From: an uncultured Spirochaetota bacterium
GTDB taxonomy: Bacteria; Spirochaetota; Spirochaetia; SZUA-6; Fen-1364
Assembly (NCBI GenBank): GCA_963820525.1
Contig: CAWGAA010000003.1
Coordinates: 384,001 to 448,000 of the forward strand
DNA: 64,000 nt
Direction: 5' to 3'
The translations under genes and the position numbers were made by a program. Of this stretch, positions 58,141-64,000 are shown one piece after another; within the stretch, counting starts at the first letter, position 1, and every line of letters starts with the position of its first letter. Under the pieces are notes generated by a model that did not search any database, was not told where the DNA came from, and saw only the letters and a program-made list of their open reading frames with translations.

Positions 58141-59097
58141 TCACCTCTGCAGAAGGTGGACGGCGAATCCGGAGATCTCGGCGTCGAGGTAAATCGCGGT
58201 GAGCCTGCCGTCCTTCTCCTTCGCGGTCTCCGGCTTCGAGTGAACGCCCTTTCTCTCGAGGCAGGCAAGGGCCCGCGGGATACTCAAGCTCGAAACGGCC
58301 AGGTGCCCATGGGACCCGAGAAACGGGCCCTTCATGAACTCGAAGCCGCCGGCGAAGGTCGAGCTGTTGCCGTCCTTGAGGGGAAACGCGAAAAGCCGGG
58401 CCATCTCACGGGCGCCGGCCATCGCGCTTTCCGCGCTCGATTCATTGATCCCCACGTGGGCCAGCTCGAAGCCGAGGGAAAGGGCGACCGCTTCGCGCGC
58501 GAGCTTTTCGATCTCGTCGAACTTTCCGGCTGAGATCATCGCATCCTTGGCAATCCACGTTCCGCCTACCGCCAGAACGCGGTTGAAAGAGAGGTATTCC
58601 TTGATATTGGAAGGATCCACTCCGCCGGTTGGGATGAACTGTACGCCCCCGAAGGGCGCCGACATGGCCTTCAGGAACTCCAGTCCTCCCGAGGCGCCCG
58701 CGGGGAAAAACTTCAAGACTTCCAGGCCGCGCTCGAGGGCAAGCTCGATCTCGGTGGGCGAGCACACCCCCGGGGTCACCGCGATTCCCTCACCGACGCA
58801 GTAGTCCACCACCTTCGGGTTGAAGCCGGGAGAGACGATGAAGCGCGCCCCGGCGCCGACGGCTTTCTTCACCTGCTCCACGGAAAGGACCGTTCCCGCC
58901 CCGACCAGGAGCTCGGGAAGCTCCCGGGTAATGGAGGCGATAGCCTCCTCGGCGGCCGCCGTTCTGAAGGTTATCTCGACAATCGGAAGGTCAGCCGCGA
59001 GGAGAGCCTTGCCCAGGCCCACCGCGTCCGACGCCTTGTCTATCTTGACCACGGGGATGACCCCGATCTCTCCGATCCTCTTCAACGCCTCGTGCAT
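58141..59097 (-). CDS. eda: KDPG/KHG aldolase with C-terminal extension
   Basis: 'EITFRT', 'GAGTV', 'KFFPA', 'PTGGV'. Confidence 0.92.
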   Translation of the reverse strand: MHEALKRIGEIGVIPVVKIDKASDAVGLGKALLAADLPIVEITFRTAAAEEAIASITRELPELLVGAGTVLSVEQVKKAVGAGARFIVSPGFNPKVVDYCVGEGIAVTPGVCSPTEIELALERGLEVLKFFPAGASGGLEFLKAMSAPFGGVQFIPTGGVDPSNIKEYLSFNRVLAVGGTWIAKDAMISAGKFDEIEKLAREAVALSLGFELAHVGINESSAESAMAGAREMARLFAFPLKDGNSSTFAGGFEFMKGPFLGSHGHLAVSSLSIPRALACLERKGVHSKPETAKEKDGRLTAIYLDAEISGFAVHLLQR

Positions 59098-59144
59098 TCC
59101 GTCTCCTCCCTCGCCCAAGACCGCAGGCCCGAGTGAAAAACCAA

Positions 59145-60134
59145 TCAGCGCGCAAGCGCCCGCGCCGCCGACGGTGAGTTCACCGGATAGACCGGTTTCC
59201 CGCCGGTGAGGACGGCCGCGACGTTCCTGGCCGCCTTGGTCTTGAGCTCAACAACGGACTCCTCGCTGTACCAGCCCGTGTGATCCGAAAGAACAACGGT
59301 GTCCAGGCTCCGCAGGGGGCTGTCGGCGGGAAGCGGCTCCTTTTCGAAAACATCGAGGCCGGCGCCCGCGATCCGTCCGGCCTGGAGCGCACGCGAGAGA
59401 GCCCCCTCGTCGATAACGGCCCCGCGGGAAGTGTTGATGAGGATGGCGCTCGCCTTCATCCGCGCGATTTCACGCGAGCCGATCATTGCCCTGGTATCCG
59501 CTTTCAGCGGAACGTGCACCGAGATGTAGTCCGATTCTTCGAGCACCCTCTGGAGGCTCGCCTTTTCCCCCCCGGCCTTGGCAATGCTTCCCTCGTCCTC
59601 CGTCGGGTCGCAGACGAGCACGCGCCGAAAGCCGAAGCCGCTGACCTTGCCATGCAGGCATTTTCCCACCCTGCCGTATCCGATGATCCCCAGCGTCTTT
59701 CCCGCGATCCTGCTCGTAGGCTGGTCTCTGTGGAGATTCCACCCCCCCTGGCGGATCCGTCTGTCCTTGTAGGCGATCTTTCTCACGCAGGACAACAGGA
59801 GCGCCATGGCCTGATCCGAGGCTTCCTCGTGGCAGTAGTCCGGAACGCGGGCCACCCAGATCCCCTTCCGCGTGGCCGCCTCCACGTCGACATTGTCGAA
59901 GCCCACCCCGTAGCGCGAGATGACGCTGCAGCGGGCGAGGCCCGAGATGATCGCTTCCGTCATGGGAAAGAGGTTCACCAGAATCCCGTCCGCTTCCCGC
60001 AGGGCGACGGCCGCATCCTCGGGGCTCGTGAGGCTCCTCACCTCCAGGCGGGCGCCGATCTCGCCGAGGACCGCTTCCTCCTCCCGGTAGCTTCCGAATC
60101 GGTCGTCGGTGACGACGACGGTGAACATGTCCAT
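59145..60134 (-). CDS. D-isomer-specific 2-hydroxyacid dehydrogenase (CtBP-like)
   Basis: 'RYGVGFDNVD', GYGRVG, 'INTSRG', 'DVFEKEP', 'HTGWYS'. Confidence 0.92.
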   Translation of the reverse strand: MDMFTVVVTDDRFGSYREEEAVLGEIGARLEVRSLTSPEDAAVALREADGILVNLFPMTEAIISGLARCSVISRYGVGFDNVDVEAATRKGIWVARVPDYCHEEASDQAMALLLSCVRKIAYKDRRIRQGGWNLHRDQPTSRIAGKTLGIIGYGRVGKCLHGKVSGFGFRRVLVCDPTEDEGSIAKAGGEKASLQRVLEESDYISVHVPLKADTRAMIGSREIARMKASAILINTSRGAVIDEGALSRALQAGRIAGAGLDVFEKEPLPADSPLRSLDTVVLSDHTGWYSEESVVELKTKAARNVAAVLTGGKPVYPVNSPSAARALAR

Positions 60135-60275
60135 GAATGGTCCCCTCCTCGATGCTCGAACTTCCAGTATACATGATCGGCGCAGCCGCAATCCAGGCCA
60201 AGGGGAAGATCGGGCGCCAGCTTGCGCGGGGTGTGCCGATGGGATACAAAGTGAGCAAATCTCGAGGAGGATGCA

Positions 60276-61409
60276 GTGGGTTTGGCCGTCGAGATCCTTC
60301 CCGTGGAGTCCGGCAGGGGCCGGCTCGCGGACCAGTTCATCGAGCTTCCCCACGGGGTCTACCGGGGATGTGACCGCTGGATCCCCCCGTTCAGAATGGA
60401 CGTGCGCGCCCTTCTCTCCCGCAAGCATCCCTTCTTCGAGCGCTCCGCCGCGGCCTTCTTCATCGCCCGGCGTGACGGCCGGGCCGTGGGCACGATCGCG
60501 GCCATCGACAACAGACCCTTCAACGAATGGCACAAGACAAGGACGGGCCACTTCCACTTCTTCGACGTCTTCGAAGACCCCGAAGCCTCCCATGCCCTCT
60601 TCGAAGCGGCATTCTCGTGGTTTCGGACCCGAGACCTCGACTCGGTCATGGGCCCCTTCGGCTTCGGCCTCATGGGGATGGGGATCCTGGTGGATGGTTT
60701 CGAGCACCACGCCGCCATGACCATGATGGGCTACAACCACCCCTACTACCAGCGGCTTCTGGAGAGCGAGGGGATGGCCAAGTTCAAGGACCAGCTGTCG
60801 GCCTACATCGACGCCCGGAGCTTCGCGCTGCCGGATAAGATCCGGCGGGTAGCCGAGATCGCCCTTGCCCGCGGCAATTTCACTGTCCCCGATTTCACCT
60901 CCAAGAAGGAGCTGGCGCGCTACGCCCAGGACATCGGCAGGGTCTACAACGAGTCCTTTATCAGCCACGGGGACGAGTACAATCCCTTCTCCGAGGGCGA
61001 GATCGCCCGGATAACGGAGGAGCTGATCCGGGTAGCTGATCCGACCCTGATAAAGCTCCTGCTCTATAAAGGGGAGGTGGCCGGCTTCCTCTTCGGCTTC
61101 CCCGACCTGTCGGCGGCCTTACGGAGGTCCGGGGGCAGGATAACCCCCTGGGCCATCGCCGACCTGCTCCTGGAATACCGGCGCACCCGGTGGCTCATCG
61201 TGAACGGCGCGGGAATCCTGCCGCAATACCAGCGCCTGGGGGGCAATGCCCTTCTCTACTACCAGCTTGAAAAGATCGCCTCCCAGAGACAATTCCTCCA
61301 CGTTGACGCGGTCCAGATAGCGGAGACGACGGAAATGATGCTCGCGGACCTCAAGACCCTCGGAGGGAGGGTTTTCAAGGTCCACAGGATCTTCAAGCGG
61401 GCCCTCTAG
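60276..61409 (+). CDS. YghO-like tandem GNAT-fold protein
   Basis: 'WIPP', 'HPFF', 'GTIAA', 'YNHPYY', 'GILPQYQRLG'. Confidence 0.75.
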   Translation: MGLAVEILPVESGRGRLADQFIELPHGVYRGCDRWIPPFRMDVRALLSRKHPFFERSAAAFFIARRDGRAVGTIAAIDNRPFNEWHKTRTGHFHFFDVFEDPEASHALFEAAFSWFRTRDLDSVMGPFGFGLMGMGILVDGFEHHAAMTMMGYNHPYYQRLLESEGMAKFKDQLSAYIDARSFALPDKIRRVAEIALARGNFTVPDFTSKKELARYAQDIGRVYNESFISHGDEYNPFSEGEIARITEELIRVADPTLIKLLLYKGEVAGFLFGFPDLSAALRRSGGRITPWAIADLLLEYRRTRWLIVNGAGILPQYQRLGGNALLYYQLEKIASQRQFLHVDAVQIAETTEMMLADLKTLGGRVFKVHRIFKRAL

Positions 61410-61507
61410 ACCGATCGCCCGCCCCTCCACGGGGTTGGCCGGCCCAGACGGCGAGCAAGCCCAAATGTTGACACTTTCGAACGCTTTCGGGCACAATGCC
61501 GCCAATC

Positions 61508-62416
61508 ATGAACGACAAGGTCGAGCTTGACCGCAGCCAGTTCGCCCAGACCATCCGCAGGATGATCGGAAACTCCCAGGGAGACCGCGTGGTGACGGAG
61601 AAGAACGTCTACCAGGAGGGAAACCCCTCCAACAAGCCGCTCATGCGGGAGATCGTGACAGACCTGATGCTCCCGGGAAGCCAGATCATCGGCTTCGAGA
61701 ACCTGGCCGAGCTGCATCAGCTTGCCCAGAGAAAGAAACCCTGCCTCATCCTGATGGAGCACTTCAGCAACTTCGACATCCCCTGCCTCTACGAGCTCCT
61801 GGAGAGGCGTGGCCCGGAGGGAAAGCACGTGGCCGACGCCATCGTCTCGGTGGCGGGGGTGAAGCTCAACGAGACGGGCAGCCTCGTTCTGGCCTTTACC
61901 GAGATTTTCACCCGCGTCGTCCTGTACCCCTCCCGCTCCATGGACAACATCATGGACCCCAAGGAGCGAAAGGAGGCCCTCAAGCGCCGCGCAAAGCTCA
62001 ACATGGCGGCCATGAAGGCGCTGATGAAACTGCGCAAGGACGGCAGGATCATCCTCGTGTTTCCCACCGGCACCCGCTACCGGCCGTGGGACCCCTCCAC
62101 GGGACGGGGCCTGAAAGAGATCAACTCCTACCTGAAGTTCTACTCCTACATGGTCACCATTGCCATCAATGGAAATACCCTGCTGCCCAACCCCAACGGG
62201 AACATGGAGGAGGATTTCCCCAACAAGGACGTGATGATCTACACGGTGAGCCCCGTTACCAGATGCGCCGAGTTCCGCCGGGAAGCCCTCAAGACCAGAA
62301 ATGGAGAGAAGGATCCCAAGCAGCACGTGGCGGACCAGGTGATGGCGGCGCTCGCCGCTCTGCACGAGCAGACCGAAAAGATCCGCCGTCCCCTCCTCGA
62401 TGCCCCGCAGGGCTGA
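61508..62416 (+). CDS. Glycerol-3-phosphate / 1-acyl-G3P acyltransferase
   Basis: HX4D (HFSNFD), 'VFPTGTR'; TTGACA...CACAAT promoter upstream. Confidence 0.85.
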   Translation: MNDKVELDRSQFAQTIRRMIGNSQGDRVVTEKNVYQEGNPSNKPLMREIVTDLMLPGSQIIGFENLAELHQLAQRKKPCLILMEHFSNFDIPCLYELLERRGPEGKHVADAIVSVAGVKLNETGSLVLAFTEIFTRVVLYPSRSMDNIMDPKERKEALKRRAKLNMAAMKALMKLRKDGRIILVFPTGTRYRPWDPSTGRGLKEINSYLKFYSYMVTIAINGNTLLPNPNGNMEEDFPNKDVMIYTVSPVTRCAEFRREALKTRNGEKDPKQHVADQVMAALAALHEQTEKIRRPLLDAPQG

Positions 62417-62437
62417 GGCGCCCCGGCTGAATACCCT

Positions 62438-63337
62438 CTAGTAGGGAAGCGTTTCGAGGCTGCACTCCAGAACCTGGGAAAGGGGCACGAAGCCCAGGGA
62501 CTGGAAGAACTCCGAGAAGCGGAGGGACTTGCCGGCAAGCTCCGTGGTGAGCTTGCTCATGCCCTTCTCCCGGATGTCGCTGAGGAAGCGCTTCATGATC
62601 ACCTGCCCCAGACCGATCCCACGCAGCTCCTTGATCACTGTAAGCTGAACGATGTGCACCGACTGTCCGCTCGCGACGCCCCAGGCGAACCCCGCCAGCT
62701 CTCCCGACGGAGTCTCGGCGACGAGCACGAGCGAGGCGTCGGCGTCGGGCTCCGGGATCCCCTCCCGCTTCTCCCGGAAGCGCGCATCGATGCGCGCCGA
62801 CTGCTCCTTGGGGAAGAGCTCGAAAAACGCCTCCCGATCGAGGCGGAGGATCTCCTCGCGATGCCCCCTCACGCCCCACTCCAGCGAGAAATCGCTCGTG
62901 ACCAGCTCGTCGGTCTCCTCAGGCTCCGGCGGCATCTTCTCCAGGCCCCGGGCTTCGCGGTTGAGGTTGTACCAGGAGATGATCACGGAGCGCAGCCGCT
63001 TTTCCTTGTAATTGAACCAGAGCTTTTCGATCTCGTGGTTCTTCTTGAGGGTGTTCTTGAAGTTGCGGAATACCCCCTTGCCGGTGGCAAGCGACGTTGC
63101 CAGAAGCTCCCGGTATACGGGGTTATACAGGGAAGTGACGAAACTCTCCATGAGGTGGAAGCCCTCCGCGGAGCCCCAGCGCGGAAGCGGGATGTACTGC
63201 TCCTTCGGATAATCCTCCGGGAGCGATTTCAACAGCAGAAGCTCTCCCGAGTCCGCGTCGATCACGTAGCGCTCCTCCTGATCCTCCATGGCGAATCCGA
63301 TTTTGTCGATCATCTGCGGGGTGAGCTCGAACTTCAT
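62438..63337 (-). CDS. UPF0158 domain-GNAT acetyltransferase fusion
   Basis: 'GFHLMESFV', 'GKGVFRNFK', then 'LRGIGLG' acetyl-CoA motif. Confidence 0.8.
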   Translation of the reverse strand: MKFELTPQMIDKIGFAMEDQEERYVIDADSGELLLLKSLPEDYPKEQYIPLPRWGSAEGFHLMESFVTSLYNPVYRELLATSLATGKGVFRNFKNTLKKNHEIEKLWFNYKEKRLRSVIISWYNLNREARGLEKMPPEPEETDELVTSDFSLEWGVRGHREEILRLDREAFFELFPKEQSARIDARFREKREGIPEPDADASLVLVAETPSGELAGFAWGVASGQSVHIVQLTVIKELRGIGLGQVIMKRFLSDIREKGMSKLTTELAGKSLRFSEFFQSLGFVPLSQVLECSLETLPY

Positions 63338-63402
63338 GGAAACAATTGTACGGGAGGCTCCCCGCTTGGATCAAGTCCACTCGCGCCCGGCGCCCCGTAT
63401 TG

Positions 63403-64000
<598 letters not shown>

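Noticed and set aside
59145..60968. 607-aa ORF as one large protein
   Set aside because: Dehydrogenase homology and the RBS start at 60134; the upstream part is antisense to the GNAT-like gene

Overview
GC-rich bacterial chromosomal window. The gene content suggests an anaerobic free-living spirochaete (inference: LolA-like sorting protein, M15 carboxypeptidase lipoprotein, UPF0158-GNAT fusion, LacI-sensor GGDEF). No rRNA, tRNA, CRISPR array or intact transposase was seen. In order: (1) GntR-SPFH-ABC(LolCDE-like)-LolA-like-OMP operon. (2) Metal/redox island of about 17 kb: ferritin-VIT1 exporter, OrpR-like PAS sigma-54 activator, two duplicated sigma-54 promoters, DtxR-feoAB, FmdE, and an 'orange protein' (ORP)-type operon with NifB/NifX proteins, two Fe-S P-loop ATPases, an Mrp-NifX fusion and a peroxiredoxin. 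(3) A decaying accessory block with TetR/PadR operators, five SAM methyltransferases, a 128-bp MITE and gene remnants. (4) trpB2 with a WWWW leader-peptide attenuator. (5) The most unusual part, 37.0-45.6 kb: five tandem diverged paralogs of a protein family I do not recognise, flanked by a divergent LysM membrane protein and a convergent PPIase / metallophosphatase / HipA-PI3K-like kinase operon. This is a candidate undescribed phosphorylation-controlled hetero-oligomeric system. (6) Housekeeping: PHP-ACT fusion, pdhABC-lpdA, GGDEF, kdgK-eda, acyltransferase, eno. Several genes carry single frameshifts or stops that may be assembly errors. All calls come from motif recognition by eye; no searches were run.
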